From assembly GCA_946965045.2 (NCBI GenBank), contig OX337241.1, positions 2,914,001 through 2,978,000 on the forward strand: DNA of 64,000 nt, read 5' to 3'. Origin of the DNA: Epithemia pelagica. Lineage: Eukaryota > Protista > Bacillariophyta. Numbering within the stretch: position 1 is the stretch's first letter; every line of letters starts with the position of its first letter. A program made the position numbers and the translations under genes. The notes under the pieces were generated by a model, which made no database searches, was not told the DNA's origin, and saw nothing but the letters and a program-made list of their open reading frames with translations. Positions 33,056 to 44,592 of this stretch are shown here, piece by piece.

Positions 33056-33785
33056 TGTAACTCTTGTCAAACAAAGTATGCCGTGAAACAGAGGAAGTGC
33101 AGAGGCTTGTTGCGGCAAATTATGATACATCAATGCATGTACAATGGCACTCGATCATGATTCTTGTAAAGGCACGCCCCAAATTCTCTCATGGTCATCC
33201 ACAATATCGTTGGATTCCGTTGCGCCAGAGGGTGTGGGGGATAGCCAGATTTTTGGGTGAATACACGACTGGTCAGTCTTGTCCAAAATCAGGGGCCCAG
33301 AACAGAATAATTAGGGGGTTAGAACACAGGGTAGCCAGATTTCGGGGTGGAAACACAGGACTGATCAGTCTTTTGAAAAACAGGGGCAAAAAAGAATCCT
33401 TTGGGGACTATAGATGTGCCCCTATTTCGGGAATACTAGTCTACCTCTAAATCGTGGATTTTTCTTCCTTCGCCGGCAGGTAGTTTTTCCAGATTCGGAC
33501 AAAGTCATCCTTGTTATCCAAAAGAAGTATGTAGCTTGGAGCTTGGCCATTTGGACACTGGAAGTAAAAAAAACGGAAGACAACAAAAATATATGTGGAT
33601 CTATTATCCTTCCCGGGTCTCTACTGGAAGTGCAATGGCATCCAACACCACCTACTTTTAATAAGCTCCGCCTGAATCAAGTGACTGTCTTGGTCGAGAT
33701 ATCACGCAGTAACATTATTTTTGTCACAAACAAGTCAGAGGGTCTTTTCATAGCACTCCTAAACTACCTAACGTAGGACTCTCTC

Positions 33786-34145
33786 CATCCTGTCCATCGT
33801 GGAAGAATCAATTGGCCGAAACTGCTCTCTCGTCCCCTGATGTTTCTGGAAAACTAAATTCATTTCCAATATGGAAGCAAAGCATAACAAACATAATCAG
33901 ATCCGAAGTAGACAGGAGCCTATTTCAATTATTTGACGGGAAATTGGCCAGCAGAACCCATCGCACATCCTGTCCATCGTGGAAGACTAAATTGGCCGAA
34001 ACTGCTCTCTCGTCCCCTGATGTTTCTGGAAAACTAAATTCATTTCCAATATGGAAGCAAAGCATAACAAACATAATCAGATCCGAAGTAGACAGAAGCC
34101 TATTTCAATTATTTGACGGGAAATTGGCCAGCAGAACCCATCGCA
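33786..34145. repeat. 180-bp tandem duplication (about 3 mismatches)
   Basis: 33786..33965 and 33966..34145 (CATCCTGTCCATCGTGGAAGA...CAGAACCCATCGCA). Confidence 0.92.
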
Positions 34146-34999
34146 TCGGAGCTTCTTTGACCCGTTGACAATCCTCAAGAACGTGAAAACTCGGTGCAAG
34201 CAGGGAAACTAGAGGAACCAATGTTCCAGAACTCTAGGGTAAGATGCCCATCTGTGAGGCAAAACCTTCCTATAACTTGTGAGGAGACGACTGTCACCTT
34301 TTTCGCTCTGTCATGTGTCATGGTCATCGATCATGCGTCCTACGCCAAAATTCCAGTTCTTTGCGAGTATGCCACGGACTGTGGGCTATAGTCACGAAAT
34401 TGATTCTGGTAGCAACTTATTTGGGCATATCTATGAAATGCGGGATAATCGGAAGCAAAAGAAAAGGATGCCTTTCTGCGTGCTAAGAAAACTAGGTAGG
34501 TATGGAGTCGTGCTAGCGTATAGCGCACTCCCGAGTAACTTCGACAGAACTTTTTAGCCTCGATGCTTGCGTTTGATAAACCTCTTATGATAGAGTATCT
34601 TCTAGTGTTGATTTAGGATGAACGACAGGCGCCGAAAGTCGATACTCGTACTCGTACACCAGGTAATCTGCTTGGGCAATTGATGAGGGCTATTAGTCGA
34701 AATATCCCTGTCTCATTATTTGTCATCCATGCTGAGCTGCTTTTGGTTTCTGATTATCCTTATAAAAGATTAAGTATTCCCAACCAACTTCAAGAAGAAG
34801 TGATCTTGCCAGTATCTACAAGTAGAAGTAGTGTTGATTCTGGCTCTGTTTGTTCGGTAGTGTTGTTTTTGCCACGTTCTTTTTCTCCTCCCTGGACGTG
34901 GGACTGCTTGATGGGTCACACAATTGTCAGAACAACAAAACTTGAAACTGACTCCATTCGATCAACGCATTTGTTGTAAGCGCCACTACTCGAAGAACC

Positions 35000-35749
35000 A
35001 TGAGTATCCGAAGCATTTTGAAACGAGCCGACAGTCAAACCTCGCACAGTTGGGATGCCAACGAAGAAAGTACATCCAGCGACGCCAAGAATGTTATTTT
35101 TGAGTTTGAATGTGCCATTGACAATGGTCCGTTTGACGAAGACTTTCTGGATCGTAAACAAGTCTTGTGTTGGGGTGATTTGACCGTGTACGAGTTTCCC
35201 ATGATGCTGGGAGACAATCCATCCGTGTCGGACGGACCTCCGTTGACGATTGACTGGAAACATACCAACGAGCACGTGTTTGACATTGATTTTTTCGAAT
35301 ACATGCGCCGACCTGTTCAACTTCGAAGACGAAGTGCATCGGCACCTTTGCGGCAACTTTGTGGATCCGGTTCGAATCCTCGCAAGCCACACAACAAGTT
35401 GCTTCTGGACAAGGGCATTCGAGGTGCACTGTAAGTACTGCTTTGATTGTAAGAATGGTGATCCAAAGAACCCTTCGTGATTCAATCATTCTCACCGTTT
35501 GCCGTTCCTTGTCTCTGCAGCCTTTTGAATATTGGTTATAGCGCACAAGATATTGTCGAAGCGACGACCGAGGTGGATCTCATCAAGAAAAGTCGTCGAA
35601 ACAACATGAAAGGTCGTTATGATTCCTTCAAGACCGTTTTTCACCATTTTAGCAACATAAAGACGCGAGTTACCAACAGTGCCTCGGCAAAGTCTTCTCA
35701 CAAGCAACACCAAGCAAAAGCTCGTATAGTGGCATCCAAATCGGCCTAG
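35000..35749 (+). CDS. Diatom-type hypothetical protein of the GDNPS..GPPL family (2 exons, 219 aa)
   Basis: Exons 35000..35430 and 35521..35749; intron gtaagt...ctgcag. Motif VYEFPMMLGDNPSVSDGPPLTIDW followed by LLNIGYSAQDIVEA resembles a large uncharacterised diatom family. Confidence 0.75.
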
Positions 35750-36833
35750 CAATGATAGCATTGCTAAGCTACCTACTCTATGTGATGTGTGCATAACCTT
35801 GCATTGAAGCATGGTCCACCGATAGGCCTATGCCTCCTCACGGATCTCTGTCAATCAATTCATCCCAGTCTTAAAGTTTATTTGCTCTTATCAGTATGAT
35901 TAGTTACTAGGAGTACGGCTGTTACCCTCCTCATTCAGACCGTCTAGGTAGGAGCTACTCCTCTAGGAGCAAAAGCAGGTAATGCTAGCCACTTCCCTTG
36001 TGCCGATTTTGTCATCACCAAACATGATAGTGGCAAGTTGGTTATATATTCTTGTGAGCCTTCATACTATCAGAATAAACGCAAGGCATTCTAGGGATGT
36101 ATTCCAAAAATTGAAAATACGAAAGATACCTCTTCCTTCGACCAACGTAGCAACAAACAGAGAAATCAGTCTGTGATGCTTGATGACAAACGTTTGTAGT
36201 GGTGTTCTTTGAGTTGGTATGGGTTGCACCAATTCCGCCCTTGTCGTCACCACAGCGATACTGTGGCAGGAGCTGTTCAACTATCCTTGAGGAGTCATCT
36301 TGAAGGAACCACATCTTTCTTGAAGGAGCCACATCTTTGTTTGATCATCAGTCGGATGGAGTGTTTGTAGGTCTGTTTGTCGGGGTGTTTGTAGGACTAC
36401 TTGTCGGGGTGTTTGTACGTATGCCCGTCGGATTTGCGGTTGGATCAGCGCTAGGAGGGAACGTAATAGGAATGCTGGTTGTGGGCCGAGAACTCGGCAT
36501 CCTGGTGATGGGAGATACAGTGGTGGGACCCATCGTTGTCGGTTGTGCAGTTGGCATACTCGTAGTGGGAGTTCCAGTCGGTGTTAAAGTTTCACCAGTA
36601 ATCGTGGGAGAAGACGTGTCAAGAGCTGGATTGGTCGGTTGTGCGGTAGGGATACTTGTCGTGGGACTTCCAGTCGGTCCAGAGGTTGCGCTAACAGTAG
36701 CTGGAGCCATTGTGGTCGGCTGCGAAGTTGGGCTACTCAAAGTGGGAACTCCAGTTGGCATTGCAGTTGCTCCCGTACCTGACGGAGATGGTTGTGAAGT
36801 CGGCATGCTCGCGGTGGGAGGTCCAGTCGGTGG

Positions 36834-39257
36834 TTATGTTTCACCCGTCTCTGTGGGAGAGGACGTGTTTGGAGTTGATGGTTGCAAAGTCGGCATACTC
36901 GTGGTGAAAGTTTCGGTGGGGAGTGCGGTGTTGCTCCTACAAGTGGGAGACACGGTTGGAGTCGTAGCTGCGACAGTGGGCCAAGTTGTCGGCGTCGGAG
37001 TTGTCCATTGGATTGTTGGTGCTGTGGTAGTAGATGATGTTGGCAGTGCGGGGGTTGGTTGGTTTGTCCCGGTCCATGTGGTCGTCGTCGTTGTGGTTGG
37101 TGGCACCGTGGTTTTCGTGGTTTGGATCGAGGAATTGGGGGTTGGAACCGAGGTCAGTGGCCCGGTCGCCGCAGAAGGTAAAGGGGTTGTGGGTGACATG
37201 CTGGGAACCCTTGTGGTGGTGGTGGTCGGGTCTTGACTCGGTGTGGCTGTGGTTGGATCCGTGGTGGGACTATTGGTGGGTACCCCTGTGGGAACCGACG
37301 TCGTTGGCGCAGTGCTAGGAGTATGGGTAGGTGCGGAAGTTGGCGCCGTGGATGTGGGGAACATGGTGGGTTGTGCCGATGGAACAGAACTTGGTTCCGT
37401 AGAAGGGGTTGTCGAGGGAATCTGACTGGTGGTGGGTGGTTCCGACGGTGCCGTCGACACGGTGGGAATCGGGGACGGTTGGTGGGACGGAACGAAACTG
37501 GTAGTGGGGGACGAGGTGGGTCGGGTCGAGGGTTGTCGAGATGGCGTAGCACTCGGTGCATTTGACACGGTGGGAACGGGGGACGGTTGCGACGAGGGTT
37601 GTGCGGACTGAGAGGGCGCTGGCGAAACTGTTGGTGCCGGTGTCACGGCCACACTCTCAATACATTCCTCCAGTTTGGTTTGAAAGGTTTGTACCGTATC
37701 GGGCAAAAATTGTTGATTGGTACTGGCCAAAATTTTGCGATACATGACATCTTGTTGACTAGAGGCATGAAGGGCTCCCAAATTGTGTCCAAGTTCATGA
37801 GCCAAAATTTTGATAGTGCTCATGTAGCTTCGCGTCGCTCGTGTCACACCGACACTCCACGGAACTTGACACAATCCCCCGATATAGGCACATCCGACGG
37901 TACTGGTTTGACTGGAGTGCACGAGACCGTGCAAAAGTTGCACATTGTCCAATCCTTGATTGAGGGGACCTCGTGCATGTCTCCGGGCCACTTGCAACAA
38001 GAATTGACTACACTTGGGTTGATTGAGGGAGGTAAAGGGATCGGTCGTGGCATTGCAATGCAGTTCCAACAGGTCCAATTCCAAATGAATGCATGCATTG
38101 TGAAAAAAGAACAAGTTGGCTTGTTCCACCAGGTCAATGGCGGCGGCGGTTGCGGCCCGTCGGACCGCCGTGGCATCCGGTTCGGTGCCGTCCGTTGTGG
38201 ATGATTGGAGGGATTCTTGTTGGTGGTACGAATGGTGACAAAAGAGGGAATCCGTCAAAATACCCACACTCAAGACATGCATATCGTCACAGGCGGTCAA
38301 GCCGGCACCGGCGACTTGCTGCGAAACACGACGACGGGCATTGCTGTTCCAATGGAGAGACCATGCTGGTCGAACCGTTGTGACATTGTTGATGCTGGTG
38401 TTGCGTGTTCGGTTGGTTCTAGTTCTCCTCCGCTGGGATTGTTTTCGCAACAAGTGTCGATGCGGTGGTGGCAATGATACCGATTCATTCTCCTCCTCCT
38501 CCTCGTCATGCAGTGGTGGTTGCAATCCATCGTCCCAATCGAAATGGTGGACTTGCAGTTCGTCATAATACGAGGGATCCATATCGTCTTGCGAGACACA
38601 ACCAAACGTGACACCCCACTCCAAGGGAAAGCAAATTTCCACTTGGACTGATTGTGTTGAAAGTGGTGCAAGATTGTTGTTTGGAGTGCCACGAATCGAT
38701 TTGGTTTGTACGACAACTTTGCGCAAAATCTTGTCTCGAACAGTACAAATGACATCTTGTCGTTGGTGCAAGTGTTCTGCGGTCGTAGTAGTAGTATTGT
38801 GGAATCGTGTCCAGTGACAGACACCGGTATCCTCGTCGGGCTGCCATACATGATATGTTGGTGCGTGTGGTTGATCGGGTGGTTCATTCGTGGTGTCATC
38901 CCACGACGATCGAATGCTGACACCTGGTTGAATGCTGGTGGGAGGTGGACAGTGTGAAGGGGCACACGAGATCCATTCTTCGTCTCCGTGGGTGTCACTC
39001 CCAAACAGTTGTATGGACAAGTGTTCAATCCGTACGACACGAATGGGTGCCGTGACCTGCAAGCCTGGATGGCGGAGGCGAAAGGCCTGAAAGAGTTGTG
39101 CCAGGGTATTGTCAGTGTCGGTGCTGCTTGCCAGAACGACAAGGACTGGCCCATTGCCAACCAAGGAGGCCCAGAACAACCAGAGCGAGAACAAGGAGTG
39201 GTACCAAAGCCCACGAATCGTGGCAACAGGCTTGGGACAATGCTTCACCAACACCAT
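36834..39257 (-). CDS. Secreted reprolysin/M12B-like zinc metalloprotease with Pro/Thr-rich stalk
   Basis: 807-aa ORF with hydrophobic N-terminus, zinc motif AHELGHNLGALH, Met-turn candidate DVMY and VGCAYIGGLC. The same reading frame continues past the TAA at 36834 to 36348. Confidence 0.85.
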   Translation of the reverse strand: MVLVKHCPKPVATIRGLWYHSLFSLWLFWASLVGNGPVLVVLASSTDTDNTLAQLFQAFRLRHPGLQVTAPIRVVRIEHLSIQLFGSDTHGDEEWISCAPSHCPPPTSIQPGVSIRSSWDDTTNEPPDQPHAPTYHVWQPDEDTGVCHWTRFHNTTTTTAEHLHQRQDVICTVRDKILRKVVVQTKSIRGTPNNNLAPLSTQSVQVEICFPLEWGVTFGCVSQDDMDPSYYDELQVHHFDWDDGLQPPLHDEEEEENESVSLPPPHRHLLRKQSQRRRTRTNRTRNTSINNVTTVRPAWSLHWNSNARRRVSQQVAGAGLTACDDMHVLSVGILTDSLFCHHSYHQQESLQSSTTDGTEPDATAVRRAATAAAIDLVEQANLFFFHNACIHLELDLLELHCNATTDPFTSLNQPKCSQFLLQVARRHARGPLNQGLDNVQLLHGLVHSSQTSTVGCAYIGGLCQVPWSVGVTRATRSYMSTIKILAHELGHNLGALHASSQQDVMYRKILASTNQQFLPDTVQTFQTKLEECIESVAVTPAPTVSPAPSQSAQPSSQPSPVPTVSNAPSATPSRQPSTRPTSSPTTSFVPSHQPSPIPTVSTAPSEPPTTSQIPSTTPSTEPSSVPSAQPTMFPTSTAPTSAPTHTPSTAPTTSVPTGVPTNSPTTDPTTATPSQDPTTTTTRVPSMSPTTPLPSAATGPLTSVPTPNSSIQTTKTTVPPTTTTTTTWTGTNQPTPALPTSSTTTAPTIQWTTPTPTTWPTVAATTPTVSPTCRSNTALPTETFTTSMPTLQPSTPNTSSPTETGET

Positions 39258-40511
39258 TCTATGATGCGGTTCCTTGTCACTGCCACAAGCATGCAGTCAA
39301 TTCGAAACAACCACAACAACAACAACAACAACAACAAGACAATGATGGTGATAATGACGATGATGCCAGACAGTTGTGTTTGATTGTATCGCTTGGTTCC
39401 ATTTCATTCCAGTGTTGTGGTTTGTGGTTTCTGTCTCTGATTCGTGGTGAGCCCAACACAGATCGGTTTGTATTGCCCTCACAATTGCCTGTTTCAATGA
39501 CTGGTGGGGAGTGGGGTCCGAAGACTGAAGTTTCACACGATCACTTGTCCGTGACTGGTTGGGATAGTTGGTCGATTCGGAACCTTTTGCTGCGGATAGA
39601 CGGCCGGAAACAAGACTGAAAAGGATAACCACGAGAACTTTGATCCGAGATCCCTTGCTTGCAAAGACCACGTGATGTTGGTAGTGTTGTTGCTGGCTGC
39701 TGTCGTCCTTCATTCTCTCTTTCGCCGAGAACTCTACCAATAGGAGAGTTTGGCAGTTGGTCGGTATAGAGTCTATTTGTTTGGAACTCTGGCCGACCGC
39801 CTCTGTTTTTCTATGTGGCCCAACAAAAGTGTCAGTTGCCAATTGTCAAGATTGTGAATGTATCAGGAGGTTTTCCGGTCTGCACGGTTTCTTCTGCCAC
39901 AAAACTCTTGAAGTGAGATGCCACCACCAGACGCGGTCTGAAACTGATTCTGCAAGCTGGTCACATGTCAAACTCTCATTCTGTTTGAACTTCCCCAGCC
40001 ACCAAAATGAAGATGTTGCATTGAGACGCAATGCCTCGTTCAGTACGGGTCCCCAAAGTTGCATCCAATCCATGTCTTATTGACACTTGAGGATTTCATC
40101 AAGGCTAGAGCTCCATTCACAGAAGAGAGCTGCACCTCTCCCAGAGCTAAAATTTGGTCCCCTTGTTAGTCAACGAAGAAAATATGATGATCATGCGCCG
40201 CCTTGTCCATCTTTCTTGTTGTTGGATCTATATGAATTCGAATAATCTTTTTGGCCCAAAGATATACTATTGTCATGCATTATATGTGCGACCCACTCTT
40301 GCCCAAGATTGCGTACCTAAGACAGACACTCTGGCTCAAATGCTTCCACGCGTACGACGAGAGTATACATAGACTATCTATAGAGTAGTTCTGAAAATTT
40401 GGATCGTGTTGTTGATGTTCCATCAGTCCGCAGCCATCAGCCATCAGCATCTCAAAACTGATGCCTTTCGATGATCTCTTCATAAATTCGCTGCAGTCAT
40501 TTTGTGAAACC

Positions 40512-41702
40512 ATGGCCACGACGATGAAAGAAAAAGCATGGCAGTCGGGCCTTGTCCTGTTAGACGAGACACCTGAATGGAATTTCGAGGACTGGCCTCC
40601 TCTTGTGGGTGGATGGCGTTACTATCATGCTTCGGTCGTTCTCGATCATCCCGATAACAAGACGGAACAAACCGTCGTCGTGTTGGGCGGATATCGAACA
40701 GGTTATGGCGAGGTCAATTCCATTCTTGTATTAAATTTGGCAGACCCAGACAAGCAGTGGCGAGAGGGGCCACCAATGAACAAGAGTCGTCGAGGACATG
40801 CCGCTGTTTTGTGCAATGGCGGCGTCTACGTGATGGGAGGACGCCATCGAGATTCAATTTGGGACTGTATCGAACGCATTGATGCGAACGATATACTACA
40901 ACCATTTTTAACAGCAAGCACCACACATACGAGGAATTGGACGACATTGACATGTCGATTATCAACGCGACGGTTTGGATGTTGTGCTGTCGCGGTTCAC
41001 AACCGATATATCGTTGTAATGGGCGGCTACAACGATCATGATTTGTCGTCAGTGGATATTATAGATACAAACAACCACACTGTCACTGCGGGACCAAGCA
41101 TGAATATTCCTCGATCATATTGTGCTAGTGTGGTCATTGGTAACCGCATCTTCTCCGTTGGAGGCTACACAGGACGCTCGGTGGAGTATTTGGAATTTTC
41201 AAAGCCTGGTGACAATGAAGAGACAAAAAAGGAAACTGGCTCGACGTTCATTTCTTTCTCGTCGACCTGGACCGCTCATTCTAATATGGTGCTTTCCAAT
41301 GCACGAAGTTCTTGTGCAGTGGTTACCGTGGGATCCTGTTTGGTAGTGGCCGGAGGACTAGGCGATTCAACCGTGGACGTCTTGGATACGCACCGCAACC
41401 GTGTGTGGAATCTCCCACCATTCGGAAATCGCCGCGATTACTTCAGTATGGCGATTGTTGCCAATCATGTTGCCGTGATAAGTGGTTTTGGCAGTTCTGC
41501 CTGTGCGACATTACCACTACTGGACAAGCATACGTGGTGTTTTCGACGACTCTTGGAGCATCAGATCGACAGATGTTGTCTATTTCGGGAAGGAAGGAAT
41601 ATCCAACTTGCTGATAATTCACCCTTCTCCGCCTCGACATCAGCTCATAAACGAGCAAGGCCCGATACACGCCGTGGTGATGAAGGAAAGGATGAAACTT
41701 GA
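40512..41702 (+). CDS. Kelch-repeat beta-propeller protein K1 (6 blades)
   Basis: Six hydrophobic-GG kelch motifs (VVVLGG, VYVMGG, IVVMGG, IFSVGG, LVVAGG, VAVISG) with W/R markers. No BTB or F-box. Basic KRARP tail. Confidence 0.88.
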   Translation: MATTMKEKAWQSGLVLLDETPEWNFEDWPPLVGGWRYYHASVVLDHPDNKTEQTVVVLGGYRTGYGEVNSILVLNLADPDKQWREGPPMNKSRRGHAAVLCNGGVYVMGGRHRDSIWDCIERIDANDILQPFLTASTTHTRNWTTLTCRLSTRRFGCCAVAVHNRYIVVMGGYNDHDLSSVDIIDTNNHTVTAGPSMNIPRSYCASVVIGNRIFSVGGYTGRSVEYLEFSKPGDNEETKKETGSTFISFSSTWTAHSNMVLSNARSSCAVVTVGSCLVVAGGLGDSTVDVLDTHRNRVWNLPPFGNRRDYFSMAIVANHVAVISGFGSSACATLPLLDKHTWCFRRLLEHQIDRCCLFREGRNIQLADNSPFSASTSAHKRARPDTRRGDEGKDET

Positions 41703-44525
41703 AATTTGCAACGTATTGCATGTATGTCCTAACAATAGCGGAACTGTAGCATTATCATTTTACTCTCAAACAGTTGGTGTACTGTTTTCTTCATGGCATT
41801 GCGACCTCTTGAGATATCACATACACCTTTGTACTAGTAGAAAACGAAGGTTACACCATCCGGTATGACACCGCAAACAGGAGTGGAACCAGGCCTCGGG
41901 TAGATGTCCATGGTACCATGCCTCTCTGAAGTTAACTAGGTCGACTTATCATGCTGTGGAAAATTATGGTTGCGTGCCTGCAACACTTGGCGCAGCGACT
42001 CGTTTGGACGGTCGACCATGCGTTCAATTGTGGAGTCCGGGCTTTCTATGGCTAACGCCTACGTGAGAGGACAGTACCCCGTCTCTCGATGCTTGTGGTT
42101 TCGGGTGAGAGAACCCTTTGGAATTTTTGCCACCGAAGTGTTCGATATTTCCTCCACTACAGCAACTAGTCTTTGTGAAGTCTTTATGATGAGGTCAGCA
42201 ATTTGCTTGCGTCGATCCAGCAATCAGTCTCTCCGTAGTGGCTCGTTGACAGCCCATGGGTATCGGTCCATTGGTATCAACAAGAACAATCTCAATGCCA
42301 GTTCCGCCGAAACCTTGTTGCACGACTACAGCACTGTCAAACAGCACTGTTGGACATCAGCCACTACAATCTCTGTGCCTCGTACAGCACCAACAAAACC
42401 ACGACCCTCGCCGATCATGGCTTGGCTGTCGTCCAACAGCAGTGTTGGACCTCGATGACTACCACAGTTGAGTCTCGTACCGAACTCAGCAGTACCAACA
42501 ACAAAACCACGACGCCGATCATGTCTTGGCTGTAGTCTACGAGAGCTTGTTGTTGTTGTTTTGTTCTTCTTCTTCGTTGGATTCTGGTTGGTGTTGCTGC
42601 CTTGTCGTTCCACACCAACACCCAGCTTGAATCTTTGTATGTATGAGACTTGAAGGGCCTTTCCCATGATCAATTCTTCACTACTCCAATCGGGCGCGTC
42701 GGAAGGGAGTTGAATAGCGTTCCGTACCCAAATCCCCGTCACCGTGGTCCGACTTTGAGCATTCGTTGCAAACATGATAGCTGTCGTTATATCCTGCACT
42801 CTTTTGTCTTGGTTGAGGATCATCCTGGATGCAAGTTGTATGCCATTCGCTGTCAAGCTAGATACTTTTTTGAGCCTCCACATTTTTATGTACCTCCAAT
42901 GGGGCGACTTTGTGATCGATTCAGCAGGTCCTCATGGTATCATGTCGAGAAAGGGTCCACATAATTGGCGACCAGACTGCCATGCGGTGCCACAACACAA
43001 AGAGATTTGCGTGGTCTTGCTGTTGGGGTTGATACTGATCCACTAATAGTCGGTCAATACTGGAGGAGGATTTTCGTTCCACGAAAGACATGTGGATGAG
43101 GAAGCATACCATCGTCCTAGTGCTCTTGTTGTTGTTGTTGTTGTTGTTTGTTGCACTTGACCTCCTGTTGCGAATCGAAAGCCAAGGTACGATTTCTAGC
43201 TTGTTGCGATGAAAGTTGTCGTTGAGTATGTTCATCTTGCTAGAGTCTTCTTTAGAGTCTTTCTCGACGGGAGATGTGAGAGCAAATCACAGCAGAAAAC
43301 GCTGCCAGAAGGCGCGAAAACGACGGCGACAGACACATTGTGGATTGTGGTATCTTTTTTCGTTCGTTTCAATGGATATTCCCCCAAACTGTGATGTGGA
43401 GTCCCCCTCCCCCAAAATCTGGAGTCCCTTCCAGATCTTGGTCGCGGAATGAGGACAGGAATGGCTCGCAGGCGCGCCGACCGAGACGAACCCTGTCACT
43501 CTATCTCACAGGCGCGCCGACCGAGACGAGCAGTTCCACTCTTTCCTCTATTCGAAAAAGGAGAGGACAATTGACAATTGCTCTCGTCGCCAAGACGACC
43601 ACTCTACAATAGAACCTACTGCCACACTCCATGGGAAACCATGGAATCGTTCGTTACGAGCAATTTATGAGACTTTGCCAGTGACGAGGCATGTACGTCT
43701 CTTCTTCCTTTTCTTGGTGAAAGACTACGAAGATTGTCGCAAGGAAAAATACCAACCATATAAAGGCGCTTCGAATGAAATGGAACAAGGGAGAACAACA
43801 ACGACCATTCCACAAAAGCGGTAGCACCGAGGATGCAGAAGCGTTGACGATGCGTCATTCCTCATCCACAAAACTCCCTCTGCAAGCTTGTCTGCCTCCC
43901 CAAGACCCCACATTGATGCTGGTGGTGTACAATCGTTGTTGGTGAGACTCTCTCGATCAACCAAGTGGTCCCTCCAGTTTGTCTTCTTCGCAACAAAATC
44001 CTAACGCTATATGAGCAACAAGAAAAGAACCCGAGCGATCCACCATGGGCCAATGCAAACAGGGTGATAGCGAGGACTCTTCTGATTTACCGCATTCATC
44101 CTCAGAAAGATCAGCAATGATGGGTACATGGAATCTCGTGTTTCGTGTAAACAACATCACCATCCCATGGGTCCCTTTGTAAGAAAAGTAATTATGGTTA
44201 TCGAAAGCAGAGGCTCGACAAGTAGGATTGCAAAGAGATCCTCTTGTCATGAGCGCCCACGAAGAACGAAAAACCTATGGATATGAGAAAGAACTGGATA
44301 GGAGCCATACATATCAGTGGTCGTCTGTCTCGCCATGAGGTTTATTTCGGTATCCAAAAACTTTTATGGAACTCGAAACAAGAATGCGTGATCATCTTCA
44401 TTGCGTGGCTACGGTCACGATTTGTCTCGTGACGAAAGCTCCTACCCCTCTTTGGTCCATCCATTTCGTCAAGTCAGTCGTGCTTCCAGTCCGCACCCAT
44501 CAGAATCACAGGAGCAGAGCAAACC
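41450..44525. repeat. Segmental duplication unit (kelch 3' end + decayed minus-strand gene + spacer + kelch leader); copies at about 50990-54062 and, partly, 61540-62850
   Basis: About 42676-43240 matches 52239-52803 essentially exactly (offset 9563, identical ORF translations), and the flanks are collinear with small indels. Confidence 0.9.
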
Positions 44526-44592
44526 CTCTAACCACTAACACAATACAGTGTCTCGGTCCTCATAAATTTGCTGCTATTAATATTTTGGAGCA

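Larger units (their letters stand above)
29645..33325. repeat. Segmental duplication, about 1.4-kb units at about 29645-31045 and 31965-33325, separated by about 0.9 kb of unique sequence
   Basis: Collinear blocks AAAGTAAGAGCACC, ATGTCAAGTGCTGGTCCAT, GGTGATTTGAACATTGTAACTCTTGT and CTCTCATGGTCATCCACAATATCGTTGGATTCCG are present in both units. Confidence 0.88.

Noticed and set aside
35747-35766. 8-bp-stem hairpin TAGCAATG-ATAG-CATTGCTA over the stop codon
   Set aside because: Too short to exceed chance expectation in 64 kb, and eukaryotic genes do not use intrinsic terminators.
39297-39842. 181-aa minus ORF upstream of the metalloprotease
   Set aside because: TTG start, low-complexity end and no motif. 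It has a short hydrophobic stretch but not enough evidence for a gene.
43468-43530. 21-bp direct repeats with a short spacer (CRISPR-like look)
   Set aside because: Only two repeats, no cas genes and a eukaryotic context.
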